Source of the DNA: Pseudomonadota bacterium
GTDB taxonomy: Bacteria > Pseudomonadota > Alphaproteobacteria > Caulobacterales > Caulobacteraceae
DNA: 64,000 nt
Reading direction: 5' to 3'
NCBI GenBank assembly: GCA_040385365.1
Contig: JAZKHL010000112.1
Location: forward strand, 1,543-65,542
The notes below the pieces were generated by a model, which did not search any database, had not been told where the DNA came from, and saw only the letters and a program-made list of their open reading frames with translations. The translations under genes and the position numbers were made by a program. Shown piece after piece: positions 8,534 through 18,142 of this stretch (position 1 is the first letter of the stretch; each line of letters starts with the position of its first letter).

Positions 8534-10210
8534 GTGAAGGGCGGAGCGCTTTCCGCGCGTGCGTTGGTGCTTGCTCCTGTCGGTCGCGATGCCGCGCTTG
8601 CGGCCGCAATCCTGACCGAGGCGGGCGTCGACTCAAAGGTTTGCGCGACCCTGTCTGACCTGTTGGCGGCGCTGGAGGGCGGCGCCGGTCTGGCCCTCGT
8701 CGTGGATGAGGCGCTGCGAGACAGCGACTTGGCGGATCTTGCGCACTGGATCGACGCCCAGCCGTCATGGTCCGATTTTCCCTTTCTGATCCTGACGCAG
8801 CGCGGCGGCAGCGTGGAGCGCAACCCGGTGGCGCGCCGGCTCTCGGACACGCTGGGCAACGTCACCTTCCTCGAACGGCCCTTTCATCCGACGACCCTGA
8901 TCAGCGGCGTTCGCACGGCGCTCCGGGGGCGCTTTCGCCAATACGAGGCGCGCGAACGCATCGAGGAAATCCGTCAGGGTGAAGTATTTCTGGAACGACG
9001 CGTGCTTGAACGCACCGCCGAGCTGGAGGCCGCCAACCGCCAACTCGCCGCCCAGATCGCCGAGCGTGAGCGGGTCGAACACGAGCTCCGTCAGGCGCAA
9101 CGTCTCGAAGCCGTCGGTCAGCTAACCAGCGGCGTCGCTCACGACTTCAATAACCTGCTGACCGTTATCATCGGCAACGTGGAGAGACTGAAGAAGACGA
9201 CAAGCGATCCGGCCGTGCTCAAGCGCCTCGGCATGATGGAGGAGGCGTCCCAGCGCGGTGCGAAGCTGACGGCCCAGATGCTGGCCTTCTCTCGTCGGCA
9301 GAAGCTGGAGCCCCGTCCGGTCGATCTCAACGCCACCGTTCTGAACATGCGCGACATGCTGCAGAGCGCCATCGGCGGCAGCGTTCACATCGAGCCGCCA
9401 AGGCTCGACCCCGAGCTGTGGCCGGCCATGATCGATCCGACGCAGATCGAACTGATGATCCTGAACCTGGCCATCAATGCCCGCGACGCCATGGAGGTAG
9501 GCGGCGCCCTGGTGATCGGCACGGCGAACGTGACCGCCGGCGAACCGGACCGACCAGAGGAGCCGCCGCCTGGCGAATATGTCGTCGTCTCCGTCGCCGA
9601 CACCGGATCGGGCATGACCCCGGACGTGCTCAACCGCGTGTTCGAGCCGTTCTTCACCACCAAGGATGTCGGCAAGGGCTCCGGCTTGGGGCTCAGCCAG
9701 GTGTTCGGGGTCGCCAAGCAATCCGGGGGCGGCGTGAAGATCGAGACCTCCGTAGGGTTCGGCACGACGATGAGCGTCTTCATCCCTCGCGCCCATGCGG
9801 CGGTCATCACAGACGGCGATATCCAGTCCGACAATCTTGAGGCCGCTGTCGTCGATGCCGTGGTCCTGGTCGTCGATGATGACGAGGCCGTTCGCGATGT
9901 GACCTCCACCTTCCTTCGCGACCTCGGCTATCGGGCCATCGAGGCCGGCAGCGGCGGCTCGGCACTTGAGCAATTGGCCCAGACCGAAAAGATCGACGCC
10001 GTCGTGCTGGATTTCGCCATGCCTGGAATGAACGGCGGCGAACTGGCGCGTGAGATCCGGTCGCGCCGTCCTGCGATGCCGATCCTGTTCGCGACGGGGT
10101 ATGCGGACGCCGAGGAACTGGTCGATGTCGAGGCCGACCAGATCATTCGCAAACCCTTCATCCAGGCCGAGTTGGCCCGGAAGCTGGCCGCCGCGCTCGC
10201 CGTCGACTGA
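8534..10210 (+). CDS. Hybrid histidine kinase (degenerate N-terminal receiver-like region, HisKA, HATPase, C-terminal REC)
   Basis: H-box 'GVAHDFNNLL', 'NLAINARDAM', 'DTGSGM', 'FEPFFTTK..GKGSGLGL', REC 'VVDDD..LDFAMP..KPF'; no TM or PAS evident. Confidence 0.9.
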   Translation: MKGGALSARALVLAPVGRDAALAAAILTEAGVDSKVCATLSDLLAALEGGAGLALVVDEALRDSDLADLAHWIDAQPSWSDFPFLILTQRGGSVERNPVARRLSDTLGNVTFLERPFHPTTLISGVRTALRGRFRQYEARERIEEIRQGEVFLERRVLERTAELEAANRQLAAQIAERERVEHELRQAQRLEAVGQLTSGVAHDFNNLLTVIIGNVERLKKTTSDPAVLKRLGMMEEASQRGAKLTAQMLAFSRRQKLEPRPVDLNATVLNMRDMLQSAIGGSVHIEPPRLDPELWPAMIDPTQIELMILNLAINARDAMEVGGALVIGTANVTAGEPDRPEEPPPGEYVVVSVADTGSGMTPDVLNRVFEPFFTTKDVGKGSGLGLSQVFGVAKQSGGGVKIETSVGFGTTMSVFIPRAHAAVITDGDIQSDNLEAAVVDAVVLVVDDDEAVRDVTSTFLRDLGYRAIEAGSGGSALEQLAQTEKIDAVVLDFAMPGMNGGELAREIRSRRPAMPILFATGYADAEELVDVEADQIIRKPFIQAELARKLAAALAVD

Positions 10211-10225
10211 AGCAGATGAGGTCGG

Positions 10226-12022
10226 TCAGTGATTGTCCCTGGGCAATCCACGCGTGTCGATGATGCGATGATAGCGGGTGGCGCCTTCCAGAACGGCCCC
10301 GGTCTGGAGTTCGCCCACCAGACCGCGTTGGATTTCCTGCCACGGGGTTTGCGACGCCGGGTACTGGTAGCCTCCCGCGTCGTTGAGACGGTGGCGACGG
10401 CTCGCCATCTCCTCCACGCTTAGATCCACGTCGACGCGACCCTGGACCAGGTCGATCCGCATCCGGTCCCCGTTGGCCAGAAGAGCGATGTTGCCGCCGG
10501 TCGCCGCTTCGGGCGACGCATTCAGGATCGAAGGCGAGCCGGACGTGCCGGACTGACGCCCGTCCCCGACGCAGGGCAGCTCGGTGATGCCCTGTTTGAT
10601 CAGATAGGCGGGCGGTCGCATGTTGACGACCTCGGCCGCGCCGGGATGTCCCACTGGACCCGAACCGCGCATCACCAGGATGCTCTGGGCGGTGATCGCC
10701 TCGGCGGGATCGTCGATCCGATGGTGGTAATCCTCCGGGCCGTCGAAGACGGTGACGACGCCATCGAGCACCCCCGGCTTTTCCGGATCGGACAGGTAAC
10801 GTCGCCGGAAGTCGGCGGAGATCACGCTGGTCTTCATGATCGCCGTGTCGAACACATTGCCGGTCATGACGAGGAAGCCGGCGTCCTCGACCAGGGCGGT
10901 CTCGAAGGTGCGGATGACGTCGGGCAGGACGATCTCGGCGCCGGCGCAGTTCTCGCCAATCGTGCGCCCGTTCGCCGTCAGGGCGCCTTCGTGAATCAGG
11001 TTGTGCTTCATCAGTTCGGCGATCACGGCGGGCGCGCCGCCGGCCTGATGAAAATCCTCACCGAGGTAGGCGCCGGCTGGTTGCAGATTGACCAGCAGAG
11101 GCACCTCGTAGCCCACCGTCTGCCAGTCCTGCAGCGGCAGCTCGACGCCGATATGACGCGCCAGGGCCGTCAGATGGATCGGCGCATTCGTCGATCCGCC
11201 GATCGCCGAGTTGACGACGATCGCGTTTTCAAAGGCTTCGCGCGTCAGGATGTCCGACGGCTTCAGGTCTTCCCTGACCATCTCGACGATCCGAAGACCG
11301 GTCTGGTAGGCGACCTGCGGACGCTCTCGGTAGGGGGCCGGGATCGCCGCCGAACCGGGCAGGGACATGCCCAGGGCCTCGGTCAGGGTGTTCATGGTCG
11401 AGGCCGTGCCCATGGTGTTGCAGTATCCGACCGACGGGGCGGACTTGGCGACCAGATCGATGAAACCCTCGTAGTCGAGTTCGCCCGCCGCAATCATCTC
11501 TCGAGCCTTCCAGATGATGGAGCCGGACCCGACGCGCTCGCCCTTGTGCCAGCCGTTCAGCATGGGGCCGACCGACAGGGCGATGGCAGGCATGTTGACC
11601 GTGGCGGCGGCCATCAGGCAGGCGGGCGTGGTCTTGTCGCACCCGATGGTCAGGACGACCCCGTCCAGCGGATAGCCGTAGAGAAGCTCGACCAGACCCA
11701 GGTAGGCCAGGTTGCGATCCAGGCCCGCCGTCGGGCGCTTGCCCGTCTCCTGGATCGGATGGACCGGAAACTCCATGGCGATGCCGCCGGCCTCGCGGAT
11801 GCCCTCGCGAACCCGCTTGGCCAGTTCGATGTGATGGCGGTTGCAGGGGCTGAGGTCCGAGCCGGTCTGGGCGATGCCGATGATCGGCTTGCCGGAGCGT
11901 AGCTCCTCCAGAGTCAGACCATAGTTCAGGTAGCGCTCCAGATAGAGCGCGGTCATGTCGGGATTGTCCGGATTGTCGAACCAGGCGCGCGATCGCAGGC
12001 GAGGTTGGGCCCTGTCGGTCAT
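10226..12022 (-). CDS. xylD: D-xylonate dehydratase (IlvD/Edd family)
   Basis: '[20 protein letters not shown]', 'GCDKTTPA', '[10 protein letters not shown]', 'GDGRQSGT'; closely resembles Caulobacter XylD as recalled. Confidence 0.85.
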   Translation of the reverse strand: MTDRAQPRLRSRAWFDNPDNPDMTALYLERYLNYGLTLEELRSGKPIIGIAQTGSDLSPCNRHHIELAKRVREGIREAGGIAMEFPVHPIQETGKRPTAGLDRNLAYLGLVELLYGYPLDGVVLTIGCDKTTPACLMAAATVNMPAIALSVGPMLNGWHKGERVGSGSIIWKAREMIAAGELDYEGFIDLVAKSAPSVGYCNTMGTASTMNTLTEALGMSLPGSAAIPAPYRERPQVAYQTGLRIVEMVREDLKPSDILTREAFENAIVVNSAIGGSTNAPIHLTALARHIGVELPLQDWQTVGYEVPLLVNLQPAGAYLGEDFHQAGGAPAVIAELMKHNLIHEGALTANGRTIGENCAGAEIVLPDVIRTFETALVEDAGFLVMTGNVFDTAIMKTSVISADFRRRYLSDPEKPGVLDGVVTVFDGPEDYHHRIDDPAEAITAQSILVMRGSGPVGHPGAAEVVNMRPPAYLIKQGITELPCVGDGRQSGTSGSPSILNASPEAATGGNIALLANGDRMRIDLVQGRVDVDLSVEEMASRRHRLNDAGGYQYPASQTPWQEIQRGLVGELQTGAVLEGATRYHRIIDTRGLPRDNH

Positions 12023-12200
12023 CGCGCGACGGCTCCCAGCGCGCCCGCAGGGATGGATATGAGACGATTGACCACGACGCCCTCCCGCCGCTATCGATGC
12101 GGCCTGTTCGTATCATATCATCATATAAATCGAACTCCAGCCTCGAAGCCGTTTCGGCTGGCGGCTTTGCGGTTCGAACGGGGGCGTATAGACCCAACGC

Positions 12201-12956
12201 ATGCAGATTCCCCATCAGACCATGGGCTATGCGTCCGCCGGCCGCGGCCTGCGCCAGACCGTCTCCAGCCATGACCAGATCGTCCGGTCTTTGGGTCAGG
12301 ACATCCTCAGCGGCCGAATCCCGCCGGGCGACAAGATTCCCAACGAGGCGGAGCTGCTGGAGCGGTTCGGCGTATCGCGGACTGCGCTGCGCGAGGCGCT
12401 GAAGACGCTGTCGGCCAAGGGGTTTCTGGTCGTGAAGACGCGCGTCGGGACCAAGGTCACCGATCCCATGCGGTGGAACTTCTTCGACACCGAGGTGCTG
12501 GCCTGGCAGGTGGCGAACGGCATGGACGCCGCGTTCCGGCGGCATCTGGCCGAGGTCCGTCGCGCGCTGGAGCCCGCCGCCGCCGCCCTGGCCGCCCAGC
12601 ACCGCAGCGCCGAGGATTTGGCCGGGATGCGAGAGGCGGTCGAGGCCATGCGACGTGAACAGAGCTCGGAATACGACTTCGCCCGCGCCGACCTGGAACT
12701 GCATCTGCGGATCGCCGTCGCGTCCCAGAACCCGATGATGCGGTCCCTGGCCAGCGTGATCGAGACGGCCCTGCTCGAAGCTTTCACCCTGAGCCCGCCG
12801 ACGCGCAGCGAGACCCTCCACCGCGAGACCGTCGATCTGCACGAGCGGATCGTGGACTGCATCGAAGCGTCGGATGCGACCGCTGCGGCGGCGGCGATGG
12901 TCGCCGTCATCGAGGCCGGCTACCAGCGCGTCGAGGCCGAGAAGGACGCGCGCTAA
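12201..12956 (+). CDS. GntR/FadR-family transcriptional regulator
   Basis: wHTH 'IPNEAELLERFGVSRTALREALKTL', FCD domain 'ADLELHLRIA..SQNP'; divergent from xylD. Confidence 0.9.
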   Translation: MQIPHQTMGYASAGRGLRQTVSSHDQIVRSLGQDILSGRIPPGDKIPNEAELLERFGVSRTALREALKTLSAKGFLVVKTRVGTKVTDPMRWNFFDTEVLAWQVANGMDAAFRRHLAEVRRALEPAAAALAAQHRSAEDLAGMREAVEAMRREQSSEYDFARADLELHLRIAVASQNPMMRSLASVIETALLEAFTLSPPTRSETLHRETVDLHERIVDCIEASDATAAAAAMVAVIEAGYQRVEAEKDAR

Positions 12957-12962
12957 CGTCTG

Positions 12963-13823
12963 TCAGGGCACCAGGTTTCGGCGCAGGGCGGGCACAGCGA
13001 TCATCAGGTCGCGGGTGACGAGGGCCGAGAAGAAGTCCGCACCGGCCCTGCCCAGATGGGTGTAGTCGAAGGCGATCCGCGCCTGACCGACTGTCTCCAC
13101 GGCGGCGTTATTCTGGGTTTGGCTCGGAGCCGCCGTAGCGGTCGCCGTCGGAGCGGCGGGATTGGCGGCGATGGTCGTGCCGGTCAGCATCGCGGTGGCG
13201 ACGTCCGGAGACGGCGCGGCCTGGGCGAAACGGGCGGCGAGCGACGGACCCATGGCCTGGACGGCCGCGACGCTGGACGCGTTCAGATCGACCAAGGGCG
13301 TGTTCGTTTCCGCCGCCACGGCCCGCGCTGCGGCGGCCCAGGGCTCCAGATCGTTCTGCAACTGGCCGTCCACGAACTGACGCCGGGTCAGGGGCGTGAC
13401 GAGCACGGGGATGGCGCCGTGCGCTCTCGTCTCGGCGACGTAGCGGCGCAGGTTGGCCGGGAATTCGGTGGCGAGATCGGTGGAGCGACCGGGCTTTCCG
13501 GGTTGATCGTTGTGGCCGAACTGGATCAGCACATAGGTGGCGACGAACCCTGGCGTGGACATCTCCGCCAGCGCCAGATCCCAAGACCCCTCGACGAAAT
13601 AGCTGCCGCTGCTGCGCCCGCCGCGCGCCAGGTTCACGCAGGCGACGAACGAGGTCACGTGGTCGGCGCAGAAGCTCGGACCCCAGCCGCCTATCACAGC
13701 GGTGGTGGAGTCGCCGACCAAGATGATCTTGGACGCGGCGATGGGGCGGGGAACCTCGGGCGCCGGAGCGGCAGCCGGGGCGGCGACCTGCAAGGCCAGG
13801 GCGGCGGCGATGGACGCGATCAT
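12963..13823 (-). CDS. Rhamnogalacturonan/pectin acetylesterase (SGNH, CE12-like), secreted
   Basis: 'GDST..GWG', 'NLARGGRS', 'QFGHND', 'DYTH' SGNH blocks; signal peptide. Confidence 0.8.
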   Translation of the reverse strand: MIASIAAALALQVAAPAAAPAPEVPRPIAASKIILVGDSTTAVIGGWGPSFCADHVTSFVACVNLARGGRSSGSYFVEGSWDLALAEMSTPGFVATYVLIQFGHNDQPGKPGRSTDLATEFPANLRRYVAETRAHGAIPVLVTPLTRRQFVDGQLQNDLEPWAAAARAVAAETNTPLVDLNASSVAAVQAMGPSLAARFAQAAPSPDVATAMLTGTTIAANPAAPTATATAAPSQTQNNAAVETVGQARIAFDYTHLGRAGADFFSALVTRDLMIAVPALRRNLVP

Positions 13824-13852
13824 GATCAGGCCTCTTGTTCAGGGAATGGACG

Positions 13853-14914
13853 TCAGGACAGGCCGACGCGGCGACGCCACGTCGGGTAGTCGTCTTGCAG
13901 AAGGGCGGCAGGCCAGGCGCCGTAGTAGCGGTAGCCCATGCGCCGCTCGCGCTCGATCTGTGCGACGTCGAAGTGGACGACGCTGTCGCGGCCCAGGAAG
14001 ATCGGACGGTTGGTCTCCAGGTCGTAGAACCGCGCCCAGATCGGCGGCGCCTGCGGATCGGCGACGACCTGCAGGTCCGGTTCGCCGTCGGCGGCGGTGA
14101 TCGGCTCAAGCCGAATGCCGTGGATGGCGCTGGCTTCGAACCAGCGAACCGCCCCCTCCACCGCGGCGATGACCTCCGGGGAGGGATCAGGGATCGACAT
14201 CAGGAACCGGGTGATCCCCACGCTCTCGTTGCCGGAGAGCGAAGGCGGCTCAAAGCGGCGAGCCCAGGCGGGGGCGAGGGTGACCTCATCATGCTGGGCG
14301 CACCAGACGGTCAGGACGCCGTCCTGGCGAACCTGGGTGGCGAGGATGGTCTCGATGCCCTTGGCCACGGCGGCCCCCGCCCGAGCGCGTCGGTCCGCAT
14401 CGACGAATCCGTAGGGACCATCGCCCGCTGCGACCTCGCGCAACAGGACCATGATCCGCACCATGGCGTCGTCGTTATAGGTGATGTGGGTGTAGTAGCC
14501 TGGCCTCAAGGGGTAGAACTGGGGCCAGCCGCCGTTCGGGTATTGCGCCGCCAGGGTGTAATCGAGGCCTCGATCGAATGCCGCGCGATCCGCGGGGCGT
14601 TCTCCGGCCGCGATGACCCGCGCCAGGAAGGCCAAGGGCAGGGTGGTCCCCTCGTTGTCGAAGGTGTTCTTCGAACCCGCGTCAACGGCCGCGACGTCGG
14701 GCGGCACAGCGAGCGAGGTATTCTTGGGCCAGCCGCCTTCAGGGGACTGGTGGGCGACGACGCTGTCGGCGATGGCGCGAGCTTCGGCCGTCGCATACCA
14801 GGCGGCGTCTCGTTTGGTGATCTGGCTGTTCCACTCCGGCGTCTGGGCGAGGGCGGGCGATGCCAGCAGGGCGGTCAGGCCCAGCGCGATCAGCAACCAG
14901 CGGCGAACGATCAT
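13853..14914 (-). CDS. Pectate lyase, family PL10, secreted
   Basis: 'GGWPKN', 'TFDNEGT', 'AQYPNGGWPQFYP', 'ITYNDDAM', 'ARRFEP'; signal peptide MIVRRWLL..ALA; ATGA overlap with upstream gene. Confidence 0.85.
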   Translation of the reverse strand: MIVRRWLLIALGLTALLASPALAQTPEWNSQITKRDAAWYATAEARAIADSVVAHQSPEGGWPKNTSLAVPPDVAAVDAGSKNTFDNEGTTLPLAFLARVIAAGERPADRAAFDRGLDYTLAAQYPNGGWPQFYPLRPGYYTHITYNDDAMVRIMVLLREVAAGDGPYGFVDADRRARAGAAVAKGIETILATQVRQDGVLTVWCAQHDEVTLAPAWARRFEPPSLSGNESVGITRFLMSIPDPSPEVIAAVEGAVRWFEASAIHGIRLEPITAADGEPDLQVVADPQAPPIWARFYDLETNRPIFLGRDSVVHFDVAQIERERRMGYRYYGAWPAALLQDDYPTWRRRVGLS

Positions 14915-15783
14915 GGGTGGTCTCCGATTGAGGCGGCGTCGATCCACATCGACAAGGACAGGGTCTGGCCCGGCGCAAGCGTGACCAGTCCGGCGTCCTC
15001 ATCGGCGGGGGCGTTGTGCGCGTTCGGACGGTGGGTGACGGGCTCGATGCAAACGAACCCGGCGTCGTTCGGCGCATAGATCTGCAGCCACCGGGCATTG
15101 GCGGACGCGGTCACGCGAACCTCATGATCGGCATGAACCAGTCGGGCGTGCCCCGACCAGTCGGCATAGGCATTGTCCACGAACTGAGCCGACGTCACCG
15201 ACTCGCCCTCGCTCCAGTCCATGATGCCCGCAGCGGGGACCAACTGCTCGGGAATCTCATCAGCCCCATTGGCCCAGACCCGCGCGGCGGGCGCCATCAG
15301 AATCGTTTCCGGCTCCACTACGAAATACGGGTGCAGGCCTAGGCCGGCGGGCATCGGCGCCTCGTCTTGGTTGGTGATCGCCAGGACCATCTCCAGCCCG
15401 TCACGGTCTAGGCGCAGGCTGTGTGAGGCCGTCCAGGCCCAGGGCCAGTCAGGGCTCGCCTCGACCGCGAGCGCCAGATCGACGACATCGATGCCGGTCC
15501 GGATCACCGACCACGACTTCAGCCAACCAACCCCGTGCAAGGCGTGCGGCTCGAAGCCAGGCGTTGGCGGAAGGGCGACCTCGCGATCGGCGAAGGTGAA
15601 CCGGCCCCGATCGATACGATTGGCGTAGGGCGCCAGCGGAAAGCTGCCCATATCGAGCGGCGCCTGCGCGTCGCTTGCCGCGGGCCGCAGGATATCATGA
15701 CCGCGCCAGGTCAGGCTCGCGATCGCGGCCCCGAACTCCGGCCGCATCGACAGCGTCCAGTCGCCGTGCGTCAACCGAATCAC
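14911..15783 (-). CDS. Aldose 1-epimerase (mutarotase) family protein
   Basis: 'FPLAPYANRI', 'HALHG', 'GLHPYF', 'FVCIEPVTH'; GTG start at 15783 overlaps xylC stop. Confidence 0.85.
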   Translation of the reverse strand: MIRLTHGDWTLSMRPEFGAAIASLTWRGHDILRPAASDAQAPLDMGSFPLAPYANRIDRGRFTFADREVALPPTPGFEPHALHGVGWLKSWSVIRTGIDVVDLALAVEASPDWPWAWTASHSLRLDRDGLEMVLAITNQDEAPMPAGLGLHPYFVVEPETILMAPAARVWANGADEIPEQLVPAAGIMDWSEGESVTSAQFVDNAYADWSGHARLVHADHEVRVTASANARWLQIYAPNDAGFVCIEPVTHRPNAHNAPADEDAGLVTLAPGQTLSLSMWIDAASIGDHP

Positions 15784-16634
15784 AGCTTCACGCGATGCTG
15801 GGGCAGGCCGGGCGTCTCGACGCGAATGCGAAAAACACCGCCCAGCGTCGGCTGTTCCGCCCGCTTGTCCGCGTTGTTCAACCAGGCGGTGGTGCAATAA
15901 AGATCGCGAAGATCGTCGCCGGCGAACGCCCCCTTGGTTACGGTCTGGACCGGGAAGCGGATCGTGCCCAGCCGCTCGCCGTGCGGCGAGAAGCGCGCCA
16001 CGCCCCAGCCGTTGAACAGCCCGACGTGAAGGACGCCGTCTGCATCGACGCTCGGCCCGTCGGCGAACCCGTCTTCTGTTTCGGCGAACAGCCGCTTGTT
16101 GGTCAGCGCGCCGTCCGCGTGGTCGAAGGCGAAGATCCGCCGCCTGGTCGTGTCGTGGTGATAGAGGGTGCGCCCGTCCGGGCTCATCGCCGGGCCGTTG
16201 GTGACCCGGTAGCCGTCGTCGTGGCGGACGACCTCGCCCTCGGAGAACCGATAGAGCGCGCCGGAGACGGTCGCCTCGCTGTCGTCCATCGAACCGAACC
16301 ACAGCGACCCGTCCGGCGCCACGAACCCGTCATTGAGCCGGTTCTGAGGGCGGTCCTCCTCGACCCGCACGATCCGGTCGAACCGTCCGCTATCGGGGTC
16401 GAACCGATGCAATCCGCCGCGCACGCCGCACACCAGCGAGCCGTCTTCGGCGGGTAGGGCGAAACCGGTCTGATCCGGCGTGTCCCACGATGCCTTTGCC
16501 CCGTCATCGACCCTGTAGCGATGCAGTTTCCGGCCCTTGATATCGACGAACCAGACGGCGCGGCGCGCGGCGTCCCAGACCGGACCTTCGCCCAGTTCGG
16601 CCCCCACGTCCCAGACCAGCTCCGGCTCCGACAT
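15780..16634 (-). CDS. xylC: Xylonolactonase (SMP-30/gluconolactonase family)
   Basis: 'LGEGPVWD', 'NRLNDG', 'TNGPAMSPDG', 'ADGPSVDADG'; Weimberg pathway context. Confidence 0.85.
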   Translation of the reverse strand: MSEPELVWDVGAELGEGPVWDAARRAVWFVDIKGRKLHRYRVDDGAKASWDTPDQTGFALPAEDGSLVCGVRGGLHRFDPDSGRFDRIVRVEEDRPQNRLNDGFVAPDGSLWFGSMDDSEATVSGALYRFSEGEVVRHDDGYRVTNGPAMSPDGRTLYHHDTTRRRIFAFDHADGALTNKRLFAETEDGFADGPSVDADGVLHVGLFNGWGVARFSPHGERLGTIRFPVQTVTKGAFAGDDLRDLYCTTAWLNNADKRAEQPTLGGVFRIRVETPGLPQHRVKL

Positions 16635-16637
16635 CGG

Positions 16638-18080
16638 TCAGCTCCAGGAGTAGGCGGTCTTGGTCTGAGTATAGAACTCCACCGCCGCAAAACCCTGCTC
16701 GCGCGCGCCGTAGCTGGAGCCCTTCGAGCCGCCGAACGGCACATGATAGTCGACCCCGGCGGTGGCCAGATTGACCATGGTCATGCCGGCGCGGGCCCGG
16801 CGCTGGAAGTCCCGGGCGTATTTCAGGCTGGTGGTGACGATGCCGGCCGAGAGGCCGAACTCGGTGTCGTTGGCGACAGCGAGCGCCTCTTCGTAATCCT
16901 TGACGCGGATGGTGGAAGCGACGGGTCCGAAAACCTCCTCGGCGTTGATCCGCATCGACGGATTGGTGTCGGCGATCAGGGTCGGCTGGACGTACCAGCC
17001 GGGGTTGGCCAGCGTCAGTCGCTCGCCGCCGGTGACGATCCGACCGCCGGCTTCGCGAGCGATGTCGATGTATTTGTAGCTGGTCTCCATCTGGGCTTCC
17101 GAGACCGCCGGGCCCATCTGGGTGTTCGGGTCCAGCGCATCGCCGACGCGCAGCGCGGCGACCTTTTCCGCCAGCAGGGCGACGAACCTGTCGTGGATGG
17201 CGTCGGCGACGATCAGGCGGCTGGAGGCGGTACAGCGTTGGCCGGTGGCGAAGAAGGATCCGTCCAGAGCAATGGCGACGGCGCGTTCCAGGTCCGCGTC
17301 ATCGAGCACGATGAGCGGGTTCTTGCCGCCCATCTCCAGCTGCACGCGAGCCTGACGCTTGATCGCACCGAGAGCGACCCCCGCGCCGACGCTCTGCGAC
17401 CCGGTGAACGACAGGCCGTCCACATCGGGGTGGTCGACAATCGCCTGACCGACCCCGCCGCGCCCTATGACAAGATTGAACACTCCCTTGGGCAGGCCGG
17501 CTTCGACGAGAATATCAGCCAGCGCCGAGGCGGTCGCCGGCGTCGGTCCGGCCGGCTTCATCACCACCGTATTGCCGAAGGCCAGGGCGGGCGCGGCCTT
17601 CCACGCCGGAATGGCGATGGGGAAGTTCCACGGCGTGATCAGCCCATAGACGCCCACAGCCTGACGATAGGTCTGGATCTCCACGCCGGGACGCACGCTG
17701 TCCAGGTTCTGCCCGTGGCGACGCAGGGCCTCGCCGGCGAAATACTTCAGGATGCGACCGGCGCGGACGGTCTCGCCGATGCCCTCGGGCAGGGTCTTGC
17801 CCTCTTCGCGCGACAGCAGGCGACCCAGCTGCTCGCGCCGCTCCATCACCAGCGTTCCGGCCCGATCCAGAACGTCGGAGCGAACCTCGGGCGAGGCTTC
17901 GGACCAGGATGGAAAGGCGGCTTTGGCGGCGGCGACGGCGGCGTTGACCTCGGCCTGTCCGCCGTCCGGCGTATGGGCGACGATCTCGTTGGTGTTGGAC
18001 GGGTTTCGGCTCTCGGTTGGTCGGGCCACGTCTGCGCGCTCGCCGTCGATCAGGTGGCTGAGGTTGATGGCGTTGGTCAT
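16638..18080 (-). CDS. xylA: Alpha-ketoglutaric semialdehyde dehydrogenase (Caulobacter XylA; not xylose isomerase)
   Basis: ALDH motifs 'ITPWNFP', 'FTGS', 'LEMGGKNP', 'GQRCTA', 'EEVFGP'; start MTNAINLSH at 18080. Confidence 0.8.
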   Translation of the reverse strand: MTNAINLSHLIDGERADVARPTESRNPSNTNEIVAHTPDGGQAEVNAAVAAAKAAFPSWSEASPEVRSDVLDRAGTLVMERREQLGRLLSREEGKTLPEGIGETVRAGRILKYFAGEALRRHGQNLDSVRPGVEIQTYRQAVGVYGLITPWNFPIAIPAWKAAPALAFGNTVVMKPAGPTPATASALADILVEAGLPKGVFNLVIGRGGVGQAIVDHPDVDGLSFTGSQSVGAGVALGAIKRQARVQLEMGGKNPLIVLDDADLERAVAIALDGSFFATGQRCTASSRLIVADAIHDRFVALLAEKVAALRVGDALDPNTQMGPAVSEAQMETSYKYIDIAREAGGRIVTGGERLTLANPGWYVQPTLIADTNPSMRINAEEVFGPVASTIRVKDYEEALAVANDTEFGLSAGIVTTSLKYARDFQRRARAGMTMVNLATAGVDYHVPFGGSKGSSYGAREQGFAAVEFYTQTKTAYSWS

Positions 18081-18092
18081 GGCGTATCCTTT

Positions 18093-18126
18093 GAAGAAAA
18101 GACCGGCGAAGGGGGAGCGTCGCCGG
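18093..18126 (-). terminator. Intra-operon hairpin with U-rich tail between the sugar porter and xylA
   Basis: Minus strand ccggcga-cgctccccct-tcgccgg followed by tcttttcttc. Confidence 0.4.
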
Positions 18127-18142
18127 GGAGGGAGGTCTTCGA

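Noticed and set aside
6861-18081. 20/21-nt match between the starts of hfsE (6861-6881, MTNAIDL) and xylA (18061-18081, MTNAINL)
   Set aside because: Unrelated genes, hfsE start is uncertain, and one such match is plausible by chance in 64 kb of GC-rich DNA
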